Source: Eledone cirrhosa
Taxonomy: Eukaryota
Assembly (NCBI GenBank): GCA_964016885.1
Contig: OZ024762.1
Coordinates: forward strand, 2,604,001-2,668,000
Direction: 5' to 3'
Length of the DNA: 64,000 nt
Below are positions 36,235-49,631 of this stretch, in pieces (position 1 is the first letter of the stretch; each line of letters starts with the position of its first letter). Under the pieces are notes generated by a model that saw nothing but the letters and a program-made list of their open reading frames with translations, did no database searches and had not been told where the DNA came from. The position numbers and the translations under genes were made by a program.

Positions 36235-36538
36235 AGAATTAGGAAAGGTATCCAGCTTTAGAAACCCTGCTCCCAGTACACACTGTGAAGTGGGGTTGGT
36301 GATAGGAAGGACATCCAGCTGTAGAAACTCTGCTCCCAGTACACACTGTGAAGTGGGGTTGGTGTTAGGAAGGACATCCAGCTGTAGAAACTCTGCTCCC
36401 AGTACACACTGTGAAGTGGGGTTGCTGTTAGGAAGGACATCCAGCTGTAGAAACTCTGCTCCCAGTACACACTGTGAAGTGGGGTTGGTGTTAAGGACAT
36501 CCAGCTGTAGAAACTCTGCTCCCAGTACACACTGTAAA
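36235..36538 (+). repeat. 63-bp tandem repeat (~4.5 copies) derived from the RTE-tail SINE
   Basis: TGCTCCCAGTACAC at 36268, 36331, 36394, 36457; contains TTAGGAAGGACATCCAGCTGTAGAAA. Confidence 0.92.
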
Positions 36539-36544
36539 GGAAGT

Positions 36545-36985
36545 GGATTGGCAGTAGAATCAGGAGAGCATCAGGCTACATGCTATGTGGCCTATTGTAA
36601 CCTCCCTTTTCATTCTGAGTTCGAATCATGCCAAGGTTAGCTTTACTTTTCATCCTTACAGGGTTGATAAAATAAAACACCAGTAATGCACTGGGGTCGA
36701 TTTAATTGACTTTTCCTTCCCCTTAAAATTGTTGGCCTTGTGCCTAAATCAGAAATTATTAATTAGCGAAGGTGGTAGATTAACAGAGTCAGTAGAGCAC
36801 ACATAAAGTGTCATTGTGGTATATGTTCTGGCCTTTACATTCTAAGTTTCAAATCTCACCAAAATCAAACTTTGGCTTCCATCCTTCCAGGGCCATCAAA
36901 ATAAAATACCAGTCCCGTACTGGGTCAGTGTATTCCACTAACCCCCTTTTCCTTCAAATTGTTGGCCTTGTTTCTAAATTAGAAA
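36545..36985 (+). mobile_element. Two tandem tRNA-derived SINE copies
   Basis: Same family as 21135-21455, diverged. Confidence 0.72.
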
Positions 36986-37908
36986 CTATTTTTATTAATT
37001 AGAGAAGCTAAAAATATCCCCGTTTTTCCTACAGAAATCAATGTGCAATAAATTTATAGGTTACAACCATTTCTACTGGTGTTCTTCTCACTGAAAACAG
37101 TGGTTCCTCTTGTATTGTTGGTGGTGGTGGTGGTGGTGTGGTGGTGATGGTTGGAGGTGGTGTGGTGGTGTGGTGGTGTGGTGGTGTGGTGGTGATGGTT
37201 GGAGGTGGTGTTGCGGTAGTGTTGGTGATGGTTGGAGGTGGTGTTGTTGTGGTGGTGTGGTGGTGTTGCGGTAGTGTTGGTGTGGTGGTGATGGTTGGAG
37301 GTTGTGTTGTTGTGGTTGGTGATGGTGGTATGTTTGTGGTGGTGGTGGTGGTGTGGTGGTGTTGGTGTGGTGGTGATGGTTGGAGGTGGTGTTGTTGTGG
37401 TTGGTTGTGTTGTGTTGGTGGTGGTAGTGTTGTGGTGGTGGTGTTGGTGTGGTTGTTATTGGGTGTGGTGGTGTTGGTAGGGGTGTTGTTGGTAGAGATA
37501 GTAGTAGTGTTGTTGTTTATATCAGTTTTATCCTGCCACAATCAATAGAGATCTTGATAAATTTAGACAAAATATGTGTGTGTGTGTGTGTGTACATATT
37601 TGAGTGTATGTGTGTTTCTGTGTGTGTGTGTGTGTGTAGACGCTTGAGTGTATATGTTTCTCTGTGTGGGTGTGTGTGTAACCATCAACATCATTACCAC
37701 CACCACCACTATCACCACCACCATCATCATCATCACTATCACCACTATCACCACCACCATCATCATCATCACTATCACCACCACCAGCACATTACCATTG
37801 CCACCATTTTGTTTTATTTTATTTTTTTTAAATCACGATTCTAAAACTTTCTTTAATGTTTCTCTTTGATAGAAGGACTTCATCAGCCCAGAACTGCAAT
37901 ATGGTGCC

Positions 37909-40300
37909 ATGCTTCCATTCCATTCCATAATGCCATTCTTCTGGAAGTGGAATCGTAAACTGAAGCCGACGTTTGTCGCGCTTATATGCATCGGTGTTCT
38001 GCTTTTGTTGCGTAACTTGGCATTTGACAACAGCATCTACAGAAGCATCACACAGCAACAGAAGAAAGAGTATCAGCTGTTCTCGTCTTTCTATCGGATA
38101 CGAAATAGACTGAGGAGTCCGATCCAGTCGGCGGTTATTCGGTTAAATGACCTCGTTGTTTCCACCGTTCCAAACAAGACAGCCCGATCCAATGATATCG
38201 TCTGCCAACATCCAAAACTGGATCTGCAGACCGACACAAACAAAAACGCCTTCTATGACGTTGGGTCTATTCAGTGTTTCGGCTCCGAGATTTTCAGCAT
38301 GGAAAATGGGAAGTTGAAAATGGATAGATCTTTGCTTAATGGAGACCACATCAAACAGTGTACATATCAGGCAATAGAACGCATTGATGACAACTATGCA
38401 ACATATGCAGCACCTGTAGGTGGTGATGTGAATTATCCATTTAATCTTGTTATACAGAATGATTTTATCAGAGTTCAGTGCTTCCTTGAAACAAAAGATA
38501 CCACACAAGATTCAACGAGGCATCTCTTGTCTCTCTCCTCTCAATCAGGGCCAAAAAAAGACAGTGCTGTTAACTCCAAAGGCAGACTCCATCTTCACAA
38601 AAAACCGGTGTCAAACGCTAATAAATTTATTAGATATGAAGGTATGTCCAAACAGTCTGAAACGACAAATGCATCAAAGACTAGCAACGGTGATAAAGCC
38701 AACAGAAAAAGGTCTTTCACAAACTTAAAGGTTCACAAAAATAACTTATTGAATAATGCTTTAAAATTACCTAGAAATACTCCCCCCAAAATAGGCAACA
38801 AAATGGTGCGTTCTTCATTGAAAACGAATGATGATAGAATTGTTTCAAAGACGAAACATGGCGTGAAAGATATAAATAAATCCCCAACTAGAAATAAGCC
38901 CAGTTTATTGCTATCTACTGGACAAAGAGGTGAAAGGAATATCTATCAACATTTAGGTAATTTTAAATCAAGGAAAATAAATAACTCCACGTTGGGTATA
39001 TCTTTAAAAACAGCTTTTAGAACCTCTAATAAAATTTATAAAAACAATCATCCTATTGCTTCTATGAAGTCTAAATTTAATGGTAAATTCCGACAGCGTC
39101 TCGGTTCTATTTTCAATGGTGCTTTATCTCGAGACAAAAATGGTTCACAGTTAGCTAATATCACTTCACAAAAGACAAAGAAGAATACTCACCTAAATGT
39201 CCATTATTCTTCACTGAAGAAAATAGCGAACAATATATATTTCCGTAATTCAAATAACATTGCACAGCATAGAAAAATATCAAATAAAGTTACATACCAA
39301 GGCAATAAGGTTTTGCAACAAAACCACAACTACAGCCATTCCAAAGGCCCCAACCGATTCCTCAAATCTCCGGATATTATCAAATCTACACAAATGAATG
39401 CAAAAAATGTTAGTGGTTCTAGGAAAAAAAATAGCAGAATCTCTATGACTAAACAAAAATATTTACTTTTAAAGAACAGAGCTACAAAGCACATAATTCC
39501 TTCATCAAATGGTTCTCCCTTGCCAAAAATTAAATCTCCAAGTGATTTTGCTGAAGAGCAATCTTTATCTGAAAATGGTGAATCCCAAATTCCTCAGCTG
39601 CTGCTTCTCCCTACAATTTCCAAATTAAATTCTTTGATTTACCCTGAAAACCAAGACAGCCCCAAGAATCAAGACAAAGACATAGTAAATGTAAAATTCT
39701 TGAATACTCTGCCAATGAAATCTAAAACTCGATCTCGTCCAAATGATAGAATAATTTCTAAACAAGTTAGTTCACATCCAAAGATCGAAACTCTGAGACC
39801 AAACAATGCTCGTGCTAGATTCCTATACACACCAAAATCTAAAATCCTGCCAAATACTTTTCAAACTATTACGAAAAAAGTGAAAAAATTTAAGAAAAAT
39901 ACTGACAGAGAAATGAAGACACAAATTCTTCATAACTTTGACACCGGAGATATGATTGATTCCTTTTACTACGATAATTCTAAAGAAACTTATTTAAACC
40001 TACCCCCAGAAGAGTATGGTATTTACAACCAGCTCCCCGATATTGAACAGTTCTTTGTACAAATTTACCCGAAACCTGAGGTATTTCAACGTATATCAGA
40101 AACACCCCAGTTTGTTCATTTGAACACAATTCCACTGAATATTCTAATCTATGGACTTGATTCTTTGTCTCACCTGTCATTTCAACGTAAGCTACCTTTG
40201 TCATACAATCACTTGAAACATACTCTCGGTGCAGTCATAATGAATGGTTATAATATTGTAGGAGATGCCACAGCTGCAGCTATTATTCCACTTCTTACTG
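37909..40300 (+). CDS. DUF229 protein coding exon 1 (2392 nt, includes basic low-complexity insert)
   Basis: Long non-repetitive ORF; acceptor-like TTTGATAG at ~37872 upstream of ATG implies a non-coding upstream exon; CTG|GTAGGT donor. Confidence 0.9.
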
Positions 40301-40454
40301 GTAGGTCACAAGCGCTCTCTTTTGTTTTCATATTTTTTTCTCTTTTTATATTTCTTTTCATATTTTATAACTTTTTTTCAAGATCAGTATATATATCCGA
40401 TTGGATTTGTTAGCTTAGCTGCAGCTAGAGCTTTGATTATTCTCTACTTCCATT

Positions 40455-40489
<35 letters not shown>

Positions 40490-43400
40490 GTTTCTTTATT
40501 AGCCACAGGGGCACAAAAGAAGGGGACAAATACAAAGGGGGAAGTTTACATACAATAAAAACGTGTAAAATAATATCACAAATGCAATTTTAAAAAATTA
40601 GTCGATTTTCCCCAATAGGGGGAGACGGTTCATATGGGTAACACATACCCCTGAAAAAATGTGCAACCCTCATCTCCAGGAGTACGAAGAGTTTGTACCC
40701 CTTTGCTCTCTTCCTCTTTTTCCTCAACCTACATGCTGATATAGAGAGAAGGCCCATTCACTCGGGCCATTCTCGCCACTTTCACCCACCTTTCATAAAA
40801 CTTGCTGGGGTACTACTACTACTACTACTACTAACCCTACCCCTCCCTCATTCTTATTTCTTTATTTATTTTTTATTTATTTATTTTTCAGGAAGGACCG
40901 AAACTGAATTACCTGAAGTCCGTAAGAACCAACTTACTTCGGGATTTGTCGATGATTATCCTCTGGTGTGGAACAAGTTCCGTTCCAAAGGTTACGTTAC
41001 ATTGTTCGCTGAAGACTGCCCTAGCCTCGGTGTCTTTAATCTACGCTTCAATGGTTTTTACAATGCACCAACAGACCACTACATGCGACCTTTCTGGCAG
41101 GCCATCAGTGAATCTGTGCTGGACGAACGCAGCATCAACTTCTGTCTGGGTTCCAAACCGAAACATCAATTCACATTGGACTACGTCAAGGACTTTTTCC
41201 AGAAGTACGACAATGTTTCCAAGTTTGCGTTTGCTTTCCACGGAGAGTTGTCTCACAATGACAACAATCCAATACAATATCTGGACAAGGACCTGTTGTC
41301 CTTCTTACAGTCCATGGAGAAGGGAAACCACTTAAACAACACCTTGTTGATAGTCATGAGTGACCATGGAGCACGTTACAGCAACGTACGTAACACAGTT
41401 CAGGGCAAACTGGAGGAGCGTTTACCCTTCATGTCGTTTGTGTTCCCTAAATGGTTTCAGTCAAAATACTCATACTTTATGAAGAATCTGAAGGGCAACC
41501 AAGAGAGGCTGGTAACTCCGTTTGACGTCCACGAGATGATGTTGGACATCCTTGACTCGGCCCGTATGTTTGAACCCGTTGATTACTCTACTCGTGGTCT
41601 CAGTCTCTTGCAGCCAATCCCACTAAACCGGACATGCAAATCTGCCGGGATTGCCATGCACTGGTGTAGCTGCCTGTCGAGATACCCTGTTGATCCATCC
41701 AGCCAACTTGTTCGTACTTCCATCCAGAAGATTATGTCCTATATTAGGACTCTTCTGAAACCCGCCAAGCAATTCTGCGCTCAACTTTCACTGAAGAAGA
41801 TATTCTCGGTTTACCTCGTGTCCCCAAACGAGAAGGTTTGTAACACATTTAAATACCTTTCGTTACCATATTTCTGTTGAATGACGGACACGGACACGGA
41901 CGGACGGACGGACGGACGGACGGACGGACGGACGGACGGACGGACGGACGGAGTTGACGTCATCTCCGGCATCATAAACCTGACAGCCCCTCCCCCTCCA
42001 CGTCTGAATACAACCAGTTTCTTCCTCAGGAGAGAGAGAGAGAGAGATCTAGAGGAAGATTTGACCCCAGTACAACCGGTCAAACCCATGCCAACATAGT
42101 AAAAGAGATGTACAATGACAGGATGACTGAGCCCCTCTCCTGATCTGGACAGGGAGAGTCGACCCCAATATAAACGGTCGAACCCATTTCAGTATAGTAA
42201 ATCAGACGATGATGATGATTGCTTCTTGCTGACTCAGAAGCAGTGGGGGTGGTGGTGGTGGAGTGATGGGGGTGGGCGTAGGTTAGCAGTAGTATTGGTA
42301 GAGCGTTGGACAACATGCTTCGCGACATAGTGTTATGGCCCTTTATATTCTGAGCCTTTATAATAGCTCTGCCTTTCCTCGTTATGGGGTCAATAAAATA
42401 AAATCCCAGTTATTCACTGGGGTTGTTTGTATTGACCCCCCCCCCCCCGCCGCCTCTCGAAAATTGTAGGTCTTGTGCCTAAATCAGGAGCCATTATTAA
42501 TGGCGGTGGATTGGTAGGGATCGGTAGAGCGTCAGACGTGCTTTGCAGCATAGAGTTATGTCCCTTTTTGTTCTGTGTTCAAATTTCACTGAGATCAACT
42601 TTACCTTTTATGCTTACAAGGTCGATAAAATAAAGTACCAGTAATGCACTGGGGGTGATTTAATCGACTTTCCCTTTCCCCCCAAATTGCTGGCCTTATC
42701 CCTATACTAGAACTCATTATTATTATTTACATGTTATATATGTAAAGAAGGCACGTGGCTGAGTGGTTAGAGAATTGGATTGGCAATCTTGAGGTTGTGA
42801 GTTCGATTCCCGGACCGGGTGATGTATTATGTCCTTGAGCAAGACACTTTATTTCACGTTGCAACTGATAGATAGTATTAGCAATTGGAAAGACCAATGG
42901 AAACAGTTTCCCTGGTCTGATTCGTTAAGCAAATGAGGACTGGGATCTTGTCGATATATGTAAACCCCCCACTGTCCCTGTCTATTGTATTGTCCCCTAT
43001 ATGTAGGACCTTGTGGCCAATAAAGAAATCATAGTGGGAAGAAAACTGGAAGAGGGCACATGCCCTAGCGGTCAGAGTAACTGGCTTTTTTGTGGGCTTT
43101 CTCCATGAGCGACCCTCGGAAGTCTCCCCCCTATTGGAGAATTTTTCATTGTTTTCTTTTTTTGTTACATCCTCTGTTTTTGTATTTTTTACAAGCAGAA
43201 ATGCCCATTTGTACTGTCCTGTGTTGTCCTGTACCGTCCTGTGTTGTCCTGTATTGTCCTGTACCGTCCTGTGTTGTCCTGTACCGTCCTGTGTTGTCCT
43301 GTGTTGTCCTGTACCGTCCTGTGTTGTCCTGTACCGTCCTGTGTTGTCCTGTGTTGTCCTGTACCGTCCTGTGTTGTCCTGTACCGTCCTGTGTTGTCCT

Positions 43401-44009
43401 GTATTGTCCTGTACCGTCCTGTGTTGTCCTGTGTTGTCCTGTACCGTTCTGTGTTGTCCTGTATTGTCCTGTACCGTCCTGTGTTGTCCTGTACCGTCCT
43501 GTGTTGTCCTGTACCGTCCTGTGTTGTCCTGTACCGTCCTGTGTTGTCCTGTGTTGTCCTGTACCGTTCTGTGTTGTCCTGTGTTGTCCTGTATTGTCCT
43601 GTGTTGTCCTGTATTGTCCTGTGTTGTCCTGTATTGTCCTGTGTTGTCCTGTATTGTCCTGTACCATCCTTAATGTTATACTTTGTGTCAACTCTTGTGG
43701 TTAATAAAGAAAGCATTATTATTATTCTTCTAATTACAGGTCCTGAAATTCATCAGTTCCAAGGATCCTGATAACCGAATCGCTAACTTCAGTCGGCAGA
43801 CAATGTTGGACACCTTAAATTATCAACTGACCTTTCAGACGAACCCAAACGATGGCCTCTATGAAGCCAGTGTTAAGGTCAACCTTCAAAACCAAAATTT
43901 CCAGGTTTTCCCTGAAATCAGCCGCCTAAATAAATATGGAGACCAGCCAAATTGTATCAAAGAGAAATTCCCAGATCTTCGGAAGTACTGTTATTGTAAG
44001 AAGGTTTAG
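37909..44009 (+). CDS. DUF229-family protein (alkaline phosphatase/sulfatase superfamily), N-terminal signal anchor, ~1201 aa, 3 coding exons
   Basis: Exons 37909-40300, 40892-41835, 43740-44009 join in frame (phase 1, then 0). Motifs NILIYGLDSLS, FQRKLP, GYNIVGDAT, WNKF..GYVTLFAED, PTDHYMRPF, SHND, MSDHGAR, GKLEERLPF, LVTPFDVHE, RTC..AGI..HWCSC, ISRLNKYGDQ..C..LRKYCYC are typical of DUF229. Hydrophobic FVALICIGVLLLL near the N-terminus. Confidence 0.92.
40892..41835 (+). CDS. DUF229 protein coding exon 2 (catalytic core)
   Basis: TTTTTCAG acceptor; AAG|GTTTGT donor; SHND and SDHG metal-ligand motifs. Confidence 0.93.
42285..42865 (+). mobile_element. SINE cluster in DUF229 intron 2
   Basis: Two Meta-like SINE copies followed by a CORE-like SINE head. 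Confidence 0.75.
43210..43668. repeat. 10-bp minisatellite (GTGTTGTCCT / GTACCGTCCT / GTATTGTCCT)
   Basis: Directly visible, intronic. Confidence 0.97.
43740..44009 (+). CDS. DUF229 protein terminal exon (VLKFISSKD...LRKYCYCKKV*)
   Basis: TACAG acceptor; family-typical C-terminal SR..YG.Q..C...KYCYC; TAG stop. Confidence 0.9.
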   Translation, partial: VLKFISSKDPDNRIANFSRQTMLDTLNYQLTFQTNPNDGLYEASVKVNLQNQNFQVFPEISRLNKYGDQPNCIKEKFPDLRKYCYCKKV

Positions 44010-44514
44010 GTTTGAGAAGTAGGGTGGGTGGTGGTGTTTCCAGTGGTCAAGACCTTGGACTACCATTTGGTCAAATCAGTCATTCACCCCTCAGGGACAG
44101 AACTGACCTCTGAGGGGTCAATGACTGACCCTGTGTTTTTTTTTTTTTTAAACTGAAGTTGACAATTTTGTGTGTGTGTATGTATATGTATCTCTGTCGT
44201 GTGTGTGTGTGCATGTATATGAGCGTGCATGTGTCTCTGTGTGTTTTTACATGTTTGCACACACGTGTGTGTGTGTGTGTCTTTCTATATATATATATGC
44301 ATGCACATGTATGCACCAGCATGTGTGTGTGAAGGTGCACCAGCTGTGCTGGTAATGTGTGGGGGTGATGGGGCTCTGGTTTCATTGCTTCTTTCTTTTT
44401 CTTATCATCATCATCATTAACATCATCATCATTAACATTAACATTAAATAGTATTATCAACAATTATTTTTTTCTCTTTACATTGGTCTGTATTATTATT
44501 ATTATTATTATTAC

Positions 44515-44855
44515 GCCGAGGTTAACTTTGCCTTTCATCCTTACGGGGTCGATAAAATAAAGTACCAGTAATGTACTGGGGTAATTGCTGGCTTTGTGCC
44601 AAAAGTAGAAACATTATTATTATTAAACCATAGTAGGCCAGTGGATTGGCAGTAAGCGGTTGAGCGTCGGACAACATGCTGTGCAGCATAGAGTTATGTC
44701 CCTTTATGTTATGAATTAACATAATCCCGCCGAGGTTAACTTTGCCTTTTACTCTTACAGGTGTCGATAAAATAAAGTACCAGTAATGTACTGGGGTCAA
44801 TTTAATCGACTTTCCCTGTCCCCTCAAATTTCTGGCCTTGTGCCGAAAGTAGAAA
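44515..44855 (+). mobile_element. Two tandem tRNA-derived SINE copies
   Basis: CCGAGGTTAACTTTGCCTTT...GATAAAATAAAGTACCAG. Confidence 0.8.
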
Positions 44856-46444
44856 TCATCATTATTATTATTTTTTACATGTTATATATGTAAAGAAGGC
44901 ATGTGACCAAGTGTAACCAGCCAAGCTCATGGATGTTATCCAACCATCTTGCTTGGAGTCTACTCCTGGGTCTTCTCCCGGTTGGTTCGGAGAAATAGCA
45001 GCTCTACCTGGAGAAATTCTTTAATGTCCCAGCTACATATTCTATTGGGTAATGTCACTCCAAAGACCCTTTGGAGGAACCCCATTCTAAACCCATGCCC
45101 ATAGTATCATAGCTGTGATCGCTCACATCAGAGAAGTAGCAGCTCTACCTGGAGTGACTCTCTCATCTCCAAGTTACTCTATCGAGTAACATTACTTCAA
45201 AGACCCTTTTGAGTAATGTTACCCTATTTCGGCCGCTTGTATTCGTGATCGTATTCTTCCGGTCATTACCCAAGATTCCTGACTATAGGCAAGACTAATA
45301 ATAATAATAACAATGATGATAATAATGATAGTAATGATAATAAAGTAATGGAAAGAAGGGAGAGAGAAAGATAATTGATGAGAGAACAATTTTTCTTTTC
45401 AAAAATATGTAAATAGAATATAAATAATATTTCTTCCTCCATATAAATAAATAAAACAAAATATTTGCAAACTTTTGAAGTATTGTTATTTTTTTTTTTT
45501 TTTTTTGGGGGGCTTTGTGTGTAGGGGGTTCCTTCCTTTGACATTATCAGAAAACAAAGTATTTTCCATAAATAGCTGTGTAAGGTTGTGAGTTCAAATC
45601 ACAGACTCGGGCAGTGCGTCATGTCCTTGAGCAAAGCACTTTATTTCATGTTGTTCCAGTTTACTCAGCTGTAGAAATGAGATGTGACATCACTGATCAG
45701 TCATTACCTTTCCCTTGAACAACATATATATAGTGTGTATATACTCTATACATATACAGTGTATATTTAATGTGTATATATAGTTGTGATACTTTCTAGG
45801 TGCAAAACCATGGTTATTCGTAACCGAAGAGGGCCTATATATATATGTATTTCATTTCATTTCATTTTACGTCCGCTTTACCCTGCTTGCAAGGGTGGGA
45901 CGGGAACTGATTCTGGCTTGATTTCTACAGCTGGATGCCCTTCCTAACACCAACCTCATTTACAGTGAGTGCTGGGTGCTTTTTTGCCATGGCACCTCCA
46001 CGACCACTTTTCAGTGGAATGATAAGGACCCCAGTCCCTATTATCTCATTTCTACAGCTGAGTAAAGTGGAGCAATGTGAAATAAAGTGTCTTGCTCAAG
46101 TAAACAACACATCACCCGGTCTGAGAATTGAACTGACAACCTTTCGATTGCAAGGCCAATGCTCTAACCACTAAGCCATGTGCCTATATATATATATATA
46201 TAATGTATATACACAAATTTAAACGATATATGAAATAGTCTTTCATATATCTAGTTAAGAAACAACTGGTATTATTTGAAGAATTGAGCCAAAATTGTCT
46301 AAATTATGCTCTGAGCGTTAAATCTATACACATAATGTATATTGATTAAGTAAATTAATCAATATATATTATATGTATATTGATTAAGTAACTTAATCAA
46401 TATTTAACCTAATATATATTTTTATATATATCTATCTATCTAAA

Positions 46445-46487
<43 letters not shown>

Positions 46488-46511
46488 GAATTTTATGTGT
46501 ACGTGTACATG

Positions 46512-46553
<42 letters not shown>

Positions 46554-46599
46554 CAGATGTTTTAATAAACTCAATGAATTCATATTTGTGAACAGTATG

Positions 46600-47035
<436 letters not shown>

Positions 47036-49631
47036 TGTGCCTTAATTAAAAAAAAAAAAAAAAAAAAAAAAGATTAAAAAAAAAGCCCATAAGAAACATG
47101 GGTGTTGCCATCAGAGAAAGGTATCTGGTCTTGTAATTCCACAGATTCCAGCTTAGAAAAATCCAGAAGAAGGAATGCATGCTTGGGCTGTAACTTCTTC
47201 ACCTACTCTTATCTGTTTTTGAATAAGAGAACGATTTCTTGTAAACTATATATATATATATATATATATACACAATCTGTCCCATGGTCGGATCGTTGGC
47301 GACTAAACTGGCAACCCCACCAAGGTTTCTTGGTGAGGAGGGTGACTTTGGACATCCTGCAGGACTAAAAACAAAACCTGTCAAAGGGCAAAGGAGCTCT
47401 TAAGAGTCAATGGCCATCCAAAATCACTGGCAGAGATGACCCCTTAGCCTTTGTCAAGGCAGAATTCTAGGAGAAGGAAAACTCTGATATAATACCTGCA
47501 ACTCTGATGGTATCCAATGATGTTGACTTGTTCTTCTTTTTGGTAAATATCATCTTGGTTAAGAGAGTGGGACTGGCTTTGTGCAGTGCCTTTGCTCACT
47601 ATAAAAGCTTCACGGTACAGGCATTGCTTTATATCTGGAGATCTCTCTGCACTTGTCGTCACATGGTACCATGGGCCCAGCACTATGTGTCAATAATTGT
47701 CACAAGTGTAGTGTTTGTACCAGAGTTTTCAAGTCGCTGGCTGGACTAAAAAGTCACACTCGTTCAGCGCATCGGTAGGGGTTCTCCTACATGGATATAA
47801 AGTAGTGGCCATACTCGAAAACGAGTTGGCAGCCACCATATATATATATATATATATATACACTCTTTTACTTGTTCCAACCATCTGGCTGAGGCCATGT
47901 ATATCTATGTGTGTGTCTGTGTATTTATATATGTAAATCAGAATGGATTTAGTTAGAAACTAGTTAGACTGCTGAAACAGCATGAGCTCAGCCGTTGGGG
48001 TCCTGACTCATTCATATTTATATATATGATATATGTATATCATTATCATTGTTTAACGTCAATTTTCCACGCTAGCAATGCATCCTTCATGTTTTATGCC
48101 GGCAGTTATATGTAGATAATAAATGTAACTACTATTTCTAGCAAGTTTAATTACCGCCTTCCTCTCCTGTTGATCTGTGGCGGCGGCTGAGATTTGTAAG
48201 AAGTTATGTAGAGTAGTCCCCCCTTCTACTACTGTGCCGCTCTTTTGTGTTTCTTGTAGTAATATTAGTGTAACTCTCCTGTGTTGTAGATGTGTAGGAC
48301 GGTAACAATAGCAACACACACACACACACACACACATACCGTCATCTCCGGCATCATAAACCTGACAGCCCCCCCCCCCCCTTCCACGTCTGAACACAAC
48401 CAGTTTCTTCCCCAGGAGAGAGAGATCTAGAGAAAGATTTGACCCCAGAACAACCGGTCAAACCCATGCCAACATAGTAAAAGAGATGTATAATGACAGG
48501 ATGACAGAGCCCCTCTCCTGATCTGGACACAGGTAATTTCTTCCAGAGAGGGAGAGTCGACCCCCAATACAACCGGTCGAACCCATTTCAGTATAGTAAA
48601 TCAGACGATGATGATGATTGCTTCTTGTTGACTCAGACCATTTAAAACACTTCCTGAAGTCATAAAAATAACAGCTGTTTCTTTCAAATAACAAATATTG
48701 TAGGACGAAAACAATAGCAACCACACACGCACACACACATATATATACACACACACATATATATATATATTGGAGATATATTGAACCTGAATTGATCTTC
48801 TCCCACTCTCTCTCTCTTTCTCAAGGTAAGAATATATTTTTATTTCCATCGATTTTAGCTGTGTAAACTTCTGGTGTCCTTGGCCCGCTGAGCACCTCCC
48901 TACACACCACCCTTGACCCTAGGCCTCTTCCTACTCACAACCATCGGCTTATGGTGTCATTGACCCTAGGACCACCTCCCAACTCACCACCATGGTCACA
49001 GAGTTGGCTACCCGTATGTGTGAGCCCCTCTACCTGGGCTGGTTGCCCTTCCAACACGTCTCCTTCCACATCCTCTGGGGTAACACCTTCTCTAATCTGT
49101 CCACTGAGACACCGAATTGTGGGGCCCTATTTGCTCACAATAGAGAGAGAGAGAGGGGGGGGAGGCAGTGAACATAAAATCTATTACTTTACCCTGAATG
49201 AAATTATTACACACACATCGATTGATTGTCTACGTGTATATATATAGTGTATATATATATATATATAACCTTTTCAATTAATGTTTATATATACAGGGTA
49301 TCCCAAAAATGTATACACACTTCAACAGCATTCTAATAAATATTGACTGTACAGGTAATCAAAGTGTATATACAATCTATACATACGTATAAACAGTGGC
49401 GGACTGGGTCTAAAATATTGGGTGCCAGGAGATGAAGGGGGCCCACCTACATATAGAATGCTATTAATTTTTATAATGAATAAATAACATTTTCGAAAAA
49501 TACAAAAGTGGAAACAAAACAGTGCAATCTAATTTTTGCGGAAAAATAAAAAATAAGTATTTTGCGAAATCCAGAGACTTTCAATAATGACCAGAAGTCC
49601 ACCCTAAAGATTACTAATAGCTCTAGGAAAG

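Noticed and set aside
40301-40891. In-frame extensions of DUF229 ORFs into this interval
   Set aside because: Canonical GT..AG intron; the extensions are low-complexity read-through.
42750-42825. tRNA gene
   Set aside because: tRNA-like head runs into a CORE-like SINE body and no full acceptor stem is evident.
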